Of a DNA stretch of 64,000 nt, positions 10,491 to 20,471 are shown piece after piece. The stretch comes from Candidatus Kaiserbacteria bacterium (lineage in GTDB: Bacteria > Patescibacteriota > Minisyncoccia > Phycocordibacterales > Phycocordibacteraceae), in NCBI GenBank assembly GCA_016182485.1, contig JACPGH010000003.1, forward strand, positions 6,331 through 70,330, written 5' to 3'. The notes beneath the pieces were generated by a model that saw only the letters and a program-made list of their open reading frames with translations, did not search any database and was not told the DNA's origin. Within the stretch, counting starts at the first letter, position 1; every line of letters starts with the position of its first letter. Both the position numbers and the translations under genes were made by a program.

Positions 10491-11951
10491 ATGAAAGCGC
10501 CGAATGAAATGACTATCGTTGAGGCGGCGTCCGGTTTGCGCGCGCGCGAATTCTCCGTGCGCGAGCTGTGGGATGCTTGTGCCGAAGCCGCCAAGACTAA
10601 GAATTCTGAACTCAATGCATTTCTTGAAATATTCGAAGCTGACGAGGCGGCGCTCAAGGCTGCGCAGAAGAAAATAGATGCAGGCGGTTCACCCAGCGGC
10701 AAATCAGATTTGCTGCTGGGCATTCCTATCGCGACAAAAGACAACATTTTGATAGAAGGGAAGACGGCGAGCGCGGGCTCGAAGATGCTGACAAATTATC
10801 GCGCCACCTACGACGCGGCCGTCATCGAGAAGCTCAAAGCCGCGGGAGCGCTCTTTCTCGGCCGTACGAACATGGATGAGTTCGCGATGGGTTCCTCGAC
10901 GGAACACTCGGCGTTCGGTCCAACGAAGAATCCGCATGACACTTCACGGGTACCGGGCGGTTCTTCCGGCGGCTCGGCGGCGGCCGTAGCGGCGCATATG
11001 ACCATCGCGGCGCTGGGCTCGGACACCGGCGGTTCTATCCGCCAGCCTGCCGCTCTAACGGGCCTTGTCGGATTGAAACCCACGTATGGCGCCGTCTCGC
11101 GCTCGGGGCTCATCGCCATGGGGTCTTCGCTCGACCAGATCGGCCCGCTCGCCAAATCGGTCGCCGACGCGCGTGCGCTCTATGAGGCGATCCGTGGGCG
11201 GGACCTTAATGACTCGCAAACCCTTCCGGAGGATCTCAATGCGCAAAAATCGACTAGCGGGAAGATGTCTGTAGGCGTGCCGTGGGGTCTGCTCGAGAAG
11301 GGCGTTGACGCATCAGTGCTCGAGCTATTTCGCCGTACGATAAGCGCTCTAGAATCGGCTGGGCATACGGTACGCGACATCTCGTTGCCGACGAGCGCCT
11401 ATGCGCTCGCGGCTTATTACGTCATCATGCCGGCCGAAGTATCGACCAATCTCGCGCGGCTCGACGGCATGCGCTATGGCCTCGCAAAGCGCGGAAAGAC
11501 CCTGCTCGACGATTATCTAATTTCTCGCACCGAAGGTTTCGGCCAAGAGGCCCGCCGCCGAATCCTGCTCGGCACGTTCGTGCTCTCAGCCGGTTATATC
11601 GACGCCTACTATCGCAAGGCGGATGCGGCGCGCGCGGTACTGCGGCGCGAATACGAAGAAGCTTTCCAGCAAGTCGACGTTATCGCTTTCCCGACGACCG
11701 CCGCCCCGGCTTTCCACTTCGGCGAGAAGAGTGACCCGCTCTCGATGTACCTCGAAGATATCTTTACGGTAACGGCCAATCTCACGGGCATGCCGGCCAT
11801 CTCTGTTCCGATGGGAACGGTTAGTCGTCCCTCGATTACGCTCGGGACAACTGGCAGTGTAAGTCTACCTGTTGGGATCCATTTCACCGCGCCGCCGCTT
11901 GCGGAAGCGCGGCTTTTTAAGGCGGGCGAACTCGTAGAACAAGTCCGCTAG
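10491..11951 (+). CDS. gatA: Glutamyl-tRNA(Gln) amidotransferase subunit A
   Basis: Amidase signature GGSSGGSAAAVAA and the Ser-cisSer-Lys region. About 487 aa. Start chosen at MKAPNEM (10491); MTIVEAAS (10515) is an alternative. Confidence 0.9.
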   Translation: MKAPNEMTIVEAASGLRAREFSVRELWDACAEAAKTKNSELNAFLEIFEADEAALKAAQKKIDAGGSPSGKSDLLLGIPIATKDNILIEGKTASAGSKMLTNYRATYDAAVIEKLKAAGALFLGRTNMDEFAMGSSTEHSAFGPTKNPHDTSRVPGGSSGGSAAAVAAHMTIAALGSDTGGSIRQPAALTGLVGLKPTYGAVSRSGLIAMGSSLDQIGPLAKSVADARALYEAIRGRDLNDSQTLPEDLNAQKSTSGKMSVGVPWGLLEKGVDASVLELFRRTISALESAGHTVRDISLPTSAYALAAYYVIMPAEVSTNLARLDGMRYGLAKRGKTLLDDYLISRTEGFGQEARRRILLGTFVLSAGYIDAYYRKADAARAVLRREYEEAFQQVDVIAFPTTAAPAFHFGEKSDPLSMYLEDIFTVTANLTGMPAISVPMGTVSRPSITLGTTGSVSLPVGIHFTAPPLAEARLFKAGELVEQVR

Positions 11952-11980
11952 TCGCGCTCCCCGTCCCGTATACTAGGCGC

Positions 11981-12553
11981 ATGCAGCCCTTTCAGCTGAA
12001 CGTAGAATACTGGTATCGCCTGCTCTACGAATGCCTGCGCGGTACCTGCTACGGTTCGGCGGACACTTTCACCGGGCTATTGATGAGATTATGGTTTTGG
12101 ATAGTAATTGTCGGATACCTGCTCTCGCTAATAGGACTCTTCGTTATAGTCTACGCTACGATGCGCTTATTCGAGCTCCGGAAGCGGGAAGAGGCGTATT
12201 ACACCGAGCTTATAGCTCCCCCAGGAGCGCGGGGTGCGGAGAACCCGCGCTGGCAGCACATCCAATCCCTCATGGAAAGCTCGGACCCGAGCCGCTGGCG
12301 CGAGGCGATCACCGAGGCGGATATCATGCTCGATGACCTGCTGACGCGTAAGGGATATACCGGCGCGAGCATAGGGGAGAAGCTGAAAAGCGCGGTCCGG
12401 TCCGAATTCCGCACGCTCGACGATGCGTGGGAGGCGCACAAGGTGCGCAATCAGATAGCGCATGAAGGTTCTGCTTTCGATCTCTCCGAGAACTTGGCGC
12501 GCCGCACCATCGCCCGCTACGAGAACGTCTTTCGCGAATTCGACGCGCTATAG
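11981..12553 (+). CDS. Hypothetical membrane-anchored protein with C-terminal R-x4-H (HEPN-like) motif
   Basis: One TM helix (LWFWIVIVGYLLSLIGLFVIVYA). The C-terminal region contains EAHKVRNQIAHEGS (R-N-Q-I-A-H). Confidence 0.5.
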   Translation: MQPFQLNVEYWYRLLYECLRGTCYGSADTFTGLLMRLWFWIVIVGYLLSLIGLFVIVYATMRLFELRKREEAYYTELIAPPGARGAENPRWQHIQSLMESSDPSRWREAITEADIMLDDLLTRKGYTGASIGEKLKSAVRSEFRTLDDAWEAHKVRNQIAHEGSAFDLSENLARRTIARYENVFREFDAL

Positions 12554-12555
12554 AA

Positions 12556-15264
12556 TCACGCGACCCGCGCGCGGAGAGCAGTCGCGGATGGTGTTTTCCT
12601 ATGCCTTTTTCGGTATGCGAGCTTCCTGAATTCCTCTACTATCACGATAGACGAGGCAATGGCTATGATCGCGAGCCATTCGGAGAAATCGAGCGGTACT
12701 GTACGGAGTATTTTCTGGAAGAAGGGCGTATAGACGGCCGCAAGCTGTAGTGCGACAACAGTCAGCGTAGCCATCACCAGGTAGGCATTGTTGAATGGAT
12801 TCGTCCGGAAGAGAGATGCGTGCGCGGAGCGGCAATTCCATGCGTTAAACCACTGGAAGACGGCGAGTGTCGTAAGGGAGAGCGTCCACCCCTTGGCGAG
12901 ATCCGCTCCGGCGTACCCGTCAAACAGGAAGAGGGTTCCGGCCATCATAGGGAGTGCCATGAACCCCATGCGCCAGAGCATCAACGAATCGATGAGGTAT
13001 CTTCCCGGCCGCTTGAAGGTTTTGAGCAGCAGGCCGCCGTCCTTCGGCTCCATCGCGAGCGCTACGACAAGAAATCCGTCGGTGATGAAGTTCAGCCAGA
13101 TTATCTGCGTCGCAAGGAGCGGCAGGGGATACCCGAGTAGGAGAGCTCCCGTTATCGTCGCGACTTCTCCCAAGCTCGTGGAAAAAAGGTAGAGAACCAC
13201 TTTTTTTATAGTCGCATATATGTTCCTCCCTTCCTCGATCGCGGATAAGATACTGCCGAAATTGTCGTCGAGCAGCACGATGTCCGCAGCCTCTTTCGCG
13301 ACCTCGGTCCCGATCTTGCCCATGGCTACTCCCAGGTCGGCAGCGACCAATGGCGGAGCGTCATTGACTCCGTCGCCGGTCATGGCCACTATCTCCCCGC
13401 GCTTTTTATATGCATTGATGATCCTCAATTTGTGCTCAGGCGTCACGCGAGCGAACACGGACGCCGTCGCGATACGGGCCGTCAGTTCCGCATCGGACAT
13501 TTCATCTATCTCCGATCCGGTCAAGAGCTCGTCCCCTTCTTTGGCGATGCCGGCTTCTTTTGCGATGGCGCGGGCGGTTAGCTCATGATCTCCCGTGATC
13601 ATAACGACCCGGACGCCTGCTAGAGCAGCCTTCTTCATCGCGTCCGCGACTTCCGGGCGTAGCTCGTCCAGCATGCCGAGGAATCCGACGAAAACGAGGC
13701 CGTGCATGGCCTCGGGCGCCAAAGGGCCGGTAAAACCCTCCCGCATGGCGAGCGCCACTACTCGAAGCCCGCCGGCCGACATCGTGGCAAGCATCTTCTG
13801 CGCGGATTCGCGCGCTTCTCTAGAGAACGTCTCGGGCGCGCCGGCGACAAGGGTCTTCGTAGAGAGCGCAAGCACCGCCTCGGGCGCGCCGCTTACTATA
13901 AGAGTGTTTCGCTCGGCCGCCTTGAAGACTACGGCGCGGTATTTAAGCTTATAATCGAAAGGAATTTCCGATACGAGCGGGGATTCGGAAAGCATCTCGC
14001 TCCTCTTGAATCCCGCTTTTTCTCCGAACACCTGTATTGCGGCTTCGGTCGGATCCCCGGCTATCCGCCATCTGTTTTCTTTCTCGGAGAAATACACGCG
14101 TCCGCTCGAGCCCAGGGTCGCCAGCTTCCCTAAAAGAAGCAGTTCCGGATGATTGGCGGCATTTATGACTGAGCCCGCGAGCGAGATCGCTCCTTTAGGC
14201 TCGTAACCGATCCCTCCTATCGAAAACAGCTTGCCGTCCGTCCAGACCTCGCTCACCGTGAGTTCGTTCTTCGTGATAGTCCCGGTCTTATCCACGGCGA
14301 TGACGCGCGCTTGGCCGAGCGCTTCCACCGCCTGCAGTTTTTTCACGAGCGCATTGCGCTTCGACATCCGCCAAACGCCGGTCGCCAGCACGAGCGTTAT
14401 AACGATGGGGAGGCCTTCGGGGATTATCGACACCGCGAGCGAGACGACCGTCGAGAATATAGTAACGACGCTCTCGCCCCGGGCGAGCCCGAGCGCGAAA
14501 AGAGCGCCGCTTATCGCGGCAACTACGACGATGATTACGCGAGAGAGATGGCGGATATTCGCCCTGAGCGGCATTTCCGTATCTATGGATGAGATCGTTC
14601 TCGCTATCGAGCCTATGGCCGTACCCAGGCCGGTTTCGACGACTACGGCTCGGCCGTTGCCCGCTACCACCGTGGTGCCCTTGAAAACCATGTTCCGCCG
14701 GTCGGCATCCGGCCCATCTGCCTCGGCCGCCTCGGCCGTTTTGTGCGCGGGGACGGATTCTCCCGTGAGGGCCGCTTCATCGGTCCTCAGATCATTTGAA
14801 ACTAGCACGCGGGCGTCCGCTGGCACTTTCTCGCCTTCCCGTAGGGAGAGAATATCGCCGCGCACGACCTCGCGGTCCGGAATGACCATCTCCGTCTCGT
14901 CTCGTACGACAGTGGCCGTCGTATTGACATACTGTTTCAAAGCGGACAGCGTATTCTGGGCCCGTCCCTCCTGAATAGAGCCGATGATCGCGTTGAATAG
15001 GAGGACGGCTAGTATGATAGCTCCGTCCGCTGTCTCTCCGAGGAGAAACACGGTGACGGCTGCGGCCAGCAGTATGTAAATGAGCGGACTCTTGAATTGC
15101 CGCAGGAATATTTCCGCGACGGTGTCCGGCTGCTTTTCCGGCAGGACGTTAGGCCCCTCGTCTTGCAAACGCCGGGCCGCTTCTTCGACGGAGAGTCCGG
15201 CCGCTTTCGCATGCAATAACTCGAAAATCATCGTCGGTTCTTCCGCACTCCAAGACCTACCCAT
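12556..15264 (-). CDS. P2-type cation-transporting ATPase (Ca2+/Mg2+ type)
   Basis: DKTGTIT phosphorylation motif, TGDGVNDAPPL hinge motif, Cation_ATPase_N-like N-terminus and 10 predicted TM segments. 902 aa. Confidence 0.9.
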   Translation of the reverse strand: MGRSWSAEEPTMIFELLHAKAAGLSVEEAARRLQDEGPNVLPEKQPDTVAEIFLRQFKSPLIYILLAAAVTVFLLGETADGAIILAVLLFNAIIGSIQEGRAQNTLSALKQYVNTTATVVRDETEMVIPDREVVRGDILSLREGEKVPADARVLVSNDLRTDEAALTGESVPAHKTAEAAEADGPDADRRNMVFKGTTVVAGNGRAVVVETGLGTAIGSIARTISSIDTEMPLRANIRHLSRVIIVVVAAISGALFALGLARGESVVTIFSTVVSLAVSIIPEGLPIVITLVLATGVWRMSKRNALVKKLQAVEALGQARVIAVDKTGTITKNELTVSEVWTDGKLFSIGGIGYEPKGAISLAGSVINAANHPELLLLGKLATLGSSGRVYFSEKENRWRIAGDPTEAAIQVFGEKAGFKRSEMLSESPLVSEIPFDYKLKYRAVVFKAAERNTLIVSGAPEAVLALSTKTLVAGAPETFSREARESAQKMLATMSAGGLRVVALAMREGFTGPLAPEAMHGLVFVGFLGMLDELRPEVADAMKKAALAGVRVVMITGDHELTARAIAKEAGIAKEGDELLTGSEIDEMSDAELTARIATASVFARVTPEHKLRIINAYKKRGEIVAMTGDGVNDAPPLVAADLGVAMGKIGTEVAKEAADIVLLDDNFGSILSAIEEGRNIYATIKKVVLYLFSTSLGEVATITGALLLGYPLPLLATQIIWLNFITDGFLVVALAMEPKDGGLLLKTFKRPGRYLIDSLMLWRMGFMALPMMAGTLFLFDGYAGADLAKGWTLSLTTLAVFQWFNAWNCRSAHASLFRTNPFNNAYLVMATLTVVALQLAAVYTPFFQKILRTVPLDFSEWLAIIAIASSIVIVEEFRKLAYRKRHRKTPSATALRARVA

Positions 15265-15320
15265 TCTCTTTAGAATACCATTCTCTCAATTTGCACGAAT
15301 ACGGGAGGTCCCGGTTGATG

Positions 15321-15348
15321 TTGCAAGCATGAGCAATTCGACTATACT
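15321..15348 (+). promoter_or_regulatory. Sigma70-type promoter for the tRNA (TTGCAA-N16-TATACT)
   Basis: -35 TTGCAA 15321-26 and -10 TATACT 15343-48. The predicted start site coincides with the tRNA 5' end. Confidence 0.55.
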
Positions 15349-15355
15349 TATACAC

Positions 15356-15428
15356 AGCGGGGTAGAGGAGTCTGGTACCTCGGGAGGCCCATAACCTCCA
15401 GGCGTCGGTTCAAATCCGACCCCCGCAA
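15356..15428 (+). tRNA. tRNA-Met (anticodon CAU), possibly initiator-like
   Basis: Hand-folded cloverleaf. Acceptor stem is 6 bp plus an A1·A72 mismatch, with U8. D-stem gagg/cctc with GG in the loop. Anticodon stem ggagg/cctcc, loop cccataa giving CAU. T-arm gtcgg-TTCAAAT-ccgac. A11:U24 and the 1:72 mismatch are initiator-like. C33 is unusual. Confidence 0.65.
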
Positions 15429-15521
15429 CAAATTTTCAGAGAAAATTTGTGGCGAGGCTCGCCATAGACTCGCCTACGGCGGTCAAGGCGGCCCGCAACT
15501 GAACAGTGCTAGAGTTAGTCT

Positions 15522-15794
15522 ATGTACTTCGCTTACATTTTGGTAAGCGAACTGGATAAGCGTACCTATGTCGGTTTCTCGGATAATGTTGAGCGACGAC
15601 TAACTCAGCACAATGCTGGGCAAGTCACAGCGACGAAGCATCGCCGTCCGCTCCGCATATTCCATCAAGAAGAGTTTCAAACATTGAAAGAAGCAAAAAC
15701 GCGAGAATTGTGGTGGAAAAGTGGCAGCGGACGAAACGAATTAAAGAAGCTTTTCGCATCTAAAAATTGTAACGCCAGCTGTGCCCGTCCGTAG
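15522..15794 (+). CDS. GIY-YIG nuclease superfamily small protein (YhbQ/UPF0213-like)
   Basis: FAYILVSELDKRTYVGFSDNVERRLTQHN is a GIY-YIG motif. Confidence 0.7.
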   Translation: MYFAYILVSELDKRTYVGFSDNVERRLTQHNAGQVTATKHRRPLRIFHQEEFQTLKEAKTRELWWKSGSGRNELKKLFASKNCNASCARP

Positions 15795-16000
15795 CCTTTG
15801 GCGGAGGAGGGGAACTAGTACCGTTCCCCGTCAAAGTCGATACTGTACCGGCGCCCCTGTTCGGCTAGAAAAGCGAGCAAAAACCACGAAAGTGGTTTTT
15901 GCGTTTTCAGCATATACAGCATATATCCCAGTTCGATTCCGACTCTCGTATTCGGCGATGTTTCGTGTCGTGATCACGCCCGAAATGACCCGATTTCGAG

Positions 16001-16064
16001 CATGGGGGTTGGAATCGAACCGGAGAAACTCACTGATTACAACAGTTCTTGATTTCCCGCCCTC
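16001..16064. repeat. tRNA-like / T-arm-containing structured element (GGAATCGAAC family), copy next to the IS end
   Basis: gggggttggaatcgaaccgg...actgattacaacagttcttgatttcccgccc. About 75% identical to 23640-23700. The reverse complement GGTTCGATTCC is a canonical tRNA T-loop, but no complete cloverleaf could be folded. Confidence 0.4.
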
Positions 16065-17060
16065 TCTAGGGAACGAGCGTTTTCTAACCAATAGCTTGGA
16101 AACGTTTTGATGATAACGCCTGTAACGGCGTGCACAACTGAAGGCCGAAGTGAAGCCGCCGACCGTTATAGTGCGGAAGGTACTTTGCTAGTGCCTTGTT
16201 GAGCGCTTCGACGGTTCGCGACACCCCGTCGAGACACTCTTCCTGCAAGGTACGGTTGAATCGCTCCAAATGCGCATTGTCGTTCGGCCGGCGCACGCGC
16301 GAATGCCTGTGCACGGAGAATACTCGATCGGTGAACCATTGCGCCCATTCGCTCCCATGGTCGCTTTGGAGCGTTTTAAAGCGAAACGGCGCTAGCCGTT
16401 GGGCCCGCTGCACGAACCGCAAGGCCATGACCGTATTTGCATGCGGATACGCCCGGGCATATGCCCAGCGGCTGAACACATCAATGAGCGTGAAGACATA
16501 CACTCGCTGGCCTTCCGGTGTGAGGAGATGGATCGTATCGACCTGCACCAAATCGCCCGGCTTCTCGACATCCGGGCGCATTAGTGGCGGATGATACCGT
16601 TTCCAAGGCGAGCGCTTCTTCAAGAGACCCAGGCGGTCGAGCGTGCGCTTGACCGTCGAAAGCGAGACCGCCATGCCGTCGTTGATGAGTTCCTGGTGTA
16701 CGACCTCCGCGCTCCGCTTGAGAAGGAGCCGCTTGTGGAAGATTTTCCATACGAGCTCGGCAGAAAGCGCCTTGGGGTGATGCTTTGGGCGCGAGGACAG
16801 CGTGGGGATCGGATGATTGCCGTATCGCTTCGCCTTAGCCATCCATTTCGTGATAGTGCCTGGAGACACGCCGATGTATCGGGCGACTTGCCGGATTCCC
16901 CAGCCTCGGCGTACGAGCTGCGTGGCATCCCGGCGGACTTTCGGAAGATACGGATTTACCGAACCGACCTCCGGGCGCGTGGATACCATTGGAAAGATAC
17001 AGTATGTTCCGCAATTGTATTTCGCGCTCTTCGAACAAGCCGACACTGTGGCTGCGTTTC
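16040..17060 (-). mobile_element. IS481-family insertion sequence (approximate boundaries)
   Basis: Contains a DDE (rve) transposase ORF. Adjacent to a 5'-truncated ABC-F gene. Terminal inverted repeats not resolved by eye. Confidence 0.5.
16084..16989 (-). CDS. IS481-family DDE transposase
   Basis: HTH N-terminus (VRRGWGIRQVARYIGVSPGTITKW), rve core with SDHGSEW, and HSRVRRPNDNAHLERFNRTLQEE. Start taken at the internal Met, because the upstream 76 codons are low-complexity. Confidence 0.8.
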   Translation of the reverse strand: MVSTRPEVGSVNPYLPKVRRDATQLVRRGWGIRQVARYIGVSPGTITKWMAKAKRYGNHPIPTLSSRPKHHPKALSAELVWKIFHKRLLLKRSAEVVHQELINDGMAVSLSTVKRTLDRLGLLKKRSPWKRYHPPLMRPDVEKPGDLVQVDTIHLLTPEGQRVYVFTLIDVFSRWAYARAYPHANTVMALRFVQRAQRLAPFRFKTLQSDHGSEWAQWFTDRVFSVHRHSRVRRPNDNAHLERFNRTLQEECLDGVSRTVEALNKALAKYLPHYNGRRLHFGLQLCTPLQALSSKRFQAIG

Positions 17061-18400
17061 TCGAAAATAGGAGCATCTCTTGGCCGCTCGTACAGGCATC
17101 ACTCAATCGGATCTTCGGTATCACAAATGTCACACAGGATAAAGAAATGCGGGCACTATCCGGAGGCGAGCTCGCCAAGCTGTTGATTGCGATAGCTGAT
17201 ACGGGCAATCCCGACATTCTCTTGCTTGATGAGCCAACTAATCATCTCGACGCCGAGGGATTGGAAGTATTGAAGAACTATCTTCTTACGTTTAATGGGG
17301 CATTCATTGTGGTATCCCATGACCCCTTATTCCTGGATCACGTCATATCTACCATTTGGGAGATTGACAGAGGGGCTATTGCTCGCTTTGGCGGCAACTA
17401 CTCGGAGTACCAGGAACAGAAGCGATTGATCGAGGAAGCTCGCGAACGCGATTTTGAAGCAGCAAAGAAAGATGTTAAGAAAGCGCGCAGAGCAATCGAA
17501 GCTCGCGAGACACGCGTAGCCCGTGCGAATCGAGCGGGGAAGCAGTCGAAGGCTGAACCGAGCCGAGATAAGTTTGCCGAAGGATTTTTCCGTGGTCAAT
17601 CTGAGAAGACGGCTGGGAAACTAAAGCGCCAACAGGACCAAATGATTGAGGATCGTCAGCTGCGTGTCTCGCAGTTACAAAAGCCAAAGCGGAAGACAAC
17701 GCACGTTGTTCTTGAAGCTGGCGCTGAACAGTCTAAGCGGATGCTCGTCAGTGTATCGAACGGCTCATTGAGTATAGAAGGTAGAAGTCTAGTGCGGGAC
17801 ATTGGACTGCGGATAGAATTTGGCGACCGCATTGTCTTCACTGGTAAGAATGGTTCGGGGAAGAGTCTTTTGGTTAAGGCACTTATGGGTATGCAGGGAC
17901 CGTTCTCGTTTGAGGGAGTAGTCAAGCGCGGCGAAAGTCTCAAGACGGTCTACATGGATCAGAAGTATCAATCTATCGATCCCGAACTATCCATTCTCGA
18001 TAATCTTCTGCAGGCAAATCCACATTTGGATGAGAACGCAGCAAGAAATCAGCTCGGCAAGTTCTTATTCGGTGCAGATTCGAGCGTCAAGAAGCAAGCC
18101 GGGACGCTCTCAGGCGGCGAAACCGCTTGTCTCGTTCTTGCTCAAGTGACGTCCTCGCCGATTGATCTGCTTGTGCTCGACGAACCTACGAACAATCTTG
18201 ATATTGAGGCGCTCGATATCATCGCCGATGCCCTTGGGGATTTCCCAGGTGCGCTGGTAGTCATATCGCATAACGTGCATTTTTTATCGAGACTCGAAAC
18301 TGAACGTGCGTACGTCATAACCGGAGAGAGATTGAAGGAGATGAGATTCTTGCCTGAGGACGAAGCCGAGTTTTATTCAGAGCTTGTTGCGGCAGAATAA
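17021..18400 (+). pseudogene. ABC-F family ATPase, 5'-truncated (NBD1 Walker A / Q-loop missing) at the IS junction
   Basis: Homology begins at the NBD1 signature LSGGE and Walker B ILLLDEPTNHLD. A linker and a complete NBD2 (GKNGSGKS, LSGGE, LLVLDEPTNNLD) follow. No Walker A for NBD1 is found upstream in any frame. Confidence 0.7.
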
Positions 18401-18402
18401 CC

Positions 18403-18544
18403 AAAAGACGGGCGCTGGAATCGAACTACGCTGCGCAAAGCAAAAAATGGGGACAGGAATCGAACTCCGAGCCTATTCTGACGATGTTCGTTATCTTATA
18501 CGACCGCGAGAGATAACGAACATCGGATTTGAATACTTTCCGCC
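18403..18544. repeat. 142-bp direct repeat, copy A (contains two GGAATCGAAC motifs and a 13-bp-stem hairpin)
   Basis: Near-identical to 22079-22220 (2 mismatches). Starts right after the stop codon of the preceding gene. Internal palindrome gatgttcgttatc-N16-gataacgaacatc. Confidence 0.85.
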
Positions 18545-18617
18545 CCGACAGGCTACCTGATTTTCTTAGCGGTACGCCTTAAAAAATAAAAGTACTCTTG
18601 TGGTGCATCACGCAGGC

Positions 18618-18647
18618 AAAAGCCGCTCTTTCGAGCGGTTTTTTTGC
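18618..18647. terminator. Rho-independent terminator (bidirectional-type)
   Basis: aaagccgctc-tttc-gagcggttttttt. A GC stem plus a T-run, with an A-run on the other side. Confidence 0.7.
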
Positions 18648-18660
18648 GTTTGGAGTGTAC

Positions 18661-19245
18661 CTATTCAGACAAATCTTCGAGTGGCTTAGTCACCTTGTTT
18701 CGGAGCTTATTTTCTGAAGTTAAGGAAAGCAGAATACTTAATCCATGATCGTCGGCATTATTCACCGCGTCGAACGTGGCCTGATCAGCGAAATATACAT
18801 TGACCCCATTTTCGATCATGGCATCAAGGGCTGATGCATAATGGGTTTCTGAGATGGGCGTCACAGGATCGCGGCTCGTCCATTCTTTTTCTCCCATGCC
18901 AAGGTTAGGGTCAAAGTTAAAGGCGTTGCTTGAAACCTCATACATGGTTCCTCCGTGGTCCCTTTTGAGGAAATCATCCCTGTTCATGCAAATGGTCACG
19001 TAAGGTACGTCGCTGAAATATCCTATTTGCATCCAACTGTCGTCGTGACCCTCTACCAAGAATATCGACGCGAGCTCCTTATTAGGAGTAGCAAAAATGA
19101 CAGCACCTTCATTCTCACCGCGGTTGCGGCCTTCTCGCGGAGTCAGCTCCTGCAGGTTCGGGGTCTGGGCTGCAATATAAAGAACAGGCGGCTTTTCTTT
19201 CTTTTCAATACTCTGCCATTCCCGATTTCCCTCGGGACCTTCCAT
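18661..19245 (-). CDS. Hypothetical protein
   Basis: ORF with good composition. Start placed at MEGPEGNREW to avoid overlapping the convergent beta-lactamase-like gene. No recognisable motifs. Confidence 0.4.
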   Translation of the reverse strand: MEGPEGNREWQSIEKKEKPPVLYIAAQTPNLQELTPREGRNRGENEGAVIFATPNKELASIFLVEGHDDSWMQIGYFSDVPYVTICMNRDDFLKRDHGGTMYEVSSNAFNFDPNLGMGEKEWTSRDPVTPISETHYASALDAMIENGVNVYFADQATFDAVNNADDHGLSILLSLTSENKLRNKVTKPLEDLSE

Positions 19246-19302
19246 ATTAGAAATATAGCACAGTACTGCCCACGCCTGTTCGCCTCGCAGGAGTATACTT
19301 TC

Positions 19303-20373
19303 ATGATGGAAGACAGGATTGCAGAAATTGCTGGAGCGGCGATAGAGGGGCATACGTTTCCGGGGTGCGTCGTGGGCGTAGTGCGGAAAGACGGCGAGCG
19401 ACTAATTCTGCCGTTTGGTCATTTCACATACGAACCAAGTTCTCCGGCGGTCAGGGCAAATTCTATGTATGACACAGCTTCCATTACAAAGTCCATTCCA
19501 ACCGGCAGTCTGTGTCTTCAAATGATCGACCAGGGAAAGCTTAAGGTTACGGACAAACTTATCGATTATGTTCCGGAATTCAATAATTCGGACCGAGAAA
19601 ATGTTCTCATAAAGCACCTGCTAACATATACCATCGACGGATACGGTCTCGCCTCGACTCTTGACGGTCGTGATACGATTCAAAGCAAAACCGCGGAGCA
19701 GCTATTGCATCTACTCCTCACTCACGATTTCGAGAAGCGTCCGGGCACTGTTTTCAAGTACACAAATATACCCGCCGCGCTTTTGGGTCTCGTGATCGAG
19801 CGGCTGACCGGAAAGACAATTGACGTGCTTGCCGACGAGCATTTCTTCGTGCCCTTAGGAATGAGCCGGAGCACTTTTTATCCCGAGAAGTTTCCAATTG
19901 AGGAAATACCGCCAACAGAAATAGACAGTTGGCGCGGAGAAGTTCGCGGCGCGGTGCACGATGAGAGCGCTTACATAGCTAAACGCGATGGCAAAATATT
20001 TGGTCACGCTGGCCTCTTCTCTACGGCCGGCGATATTCTTTCTTTTCTTGGAATGCTTCTCGACGGCGGGACCTTAAGTGGAAAGAGGTTCTTTTCAGAA
20101 GATATCATCCGACATATGGAAACCAATCAAATTCCGGAACTCAACGACTTCACTGGCCTGGGCTGGGAATTAAATCAACCGCGCTATATGGGCAAATACT
20201 GCGGCGAGCACACGTTCGGCAAAACCGGCTTTACGGGGACGCTATGTGTTGTTGACCGCCAGAAAGGGGTCGCGTACGCAATTCTTTCTAATCGTATTTA
20301 CCCGAAGCGAGCCAAGGACTCTTCGGCGATCAACGCCTTCCGAGCGGCCATAGGAGAAATTATCTTGTCGTAA
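19303..20373 (+). CDS. Serine beta-lactamase / PBP4-like (class C-type esterase) family protein
   Basis: S-x-x-K active-site motif (ASITKS) near the N-terminus and a YxN-like region. 356 aa. Start at MMEDRIAE. Confidence 0.75.
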   Translation: MMEDRIAEIAGAAIEGHTFPGCVVGVVRKDGERLILPFGHFTYEPSSPAVRANSMYDTASITKSIPTGSLCLQMIDQGKLKVTDKLIDYVPEFNNSDRENVLIKHLLTYTIDGYGLASTLDGRDTIQSKTAEQLLHLLLTHDFEKRPGTVFKYTNIPAALLGLVIERLTGKTIDVLADEHFFVPLGMSRSTFYPEKFPIEEIPPTEIDSWRGEVRGAVHDESAYIAKRDGKIFGHAGLFSTAGDILSFLGMLLDGGTLSGKRFFSEDIIRHMETNQIPELNDFTGLGWELNQPRYMGKYCGEHTFGKTGFTGTLCVVDRQKGVAYAILSNRIYPKRAKDSSAINAFRAAIGEIILS

Positions 20374-20471
20374 TCCTTAATAGCGCAAGAAAAAAGCCCT
20401 TAAATGCTAGTTCCCGTCCGGGCCGTCGTTTAATGGGGGCAGGAATACCAGACTCAAGCTATACTTAGCGC

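Noticed and set aside
16196-17070. Plus-strand ORFs (132 aa, 159 aa) inside the IS
   Set aside because: Antisense to the DDE transposase, with Arg/Ser-rich low-complexity translation.
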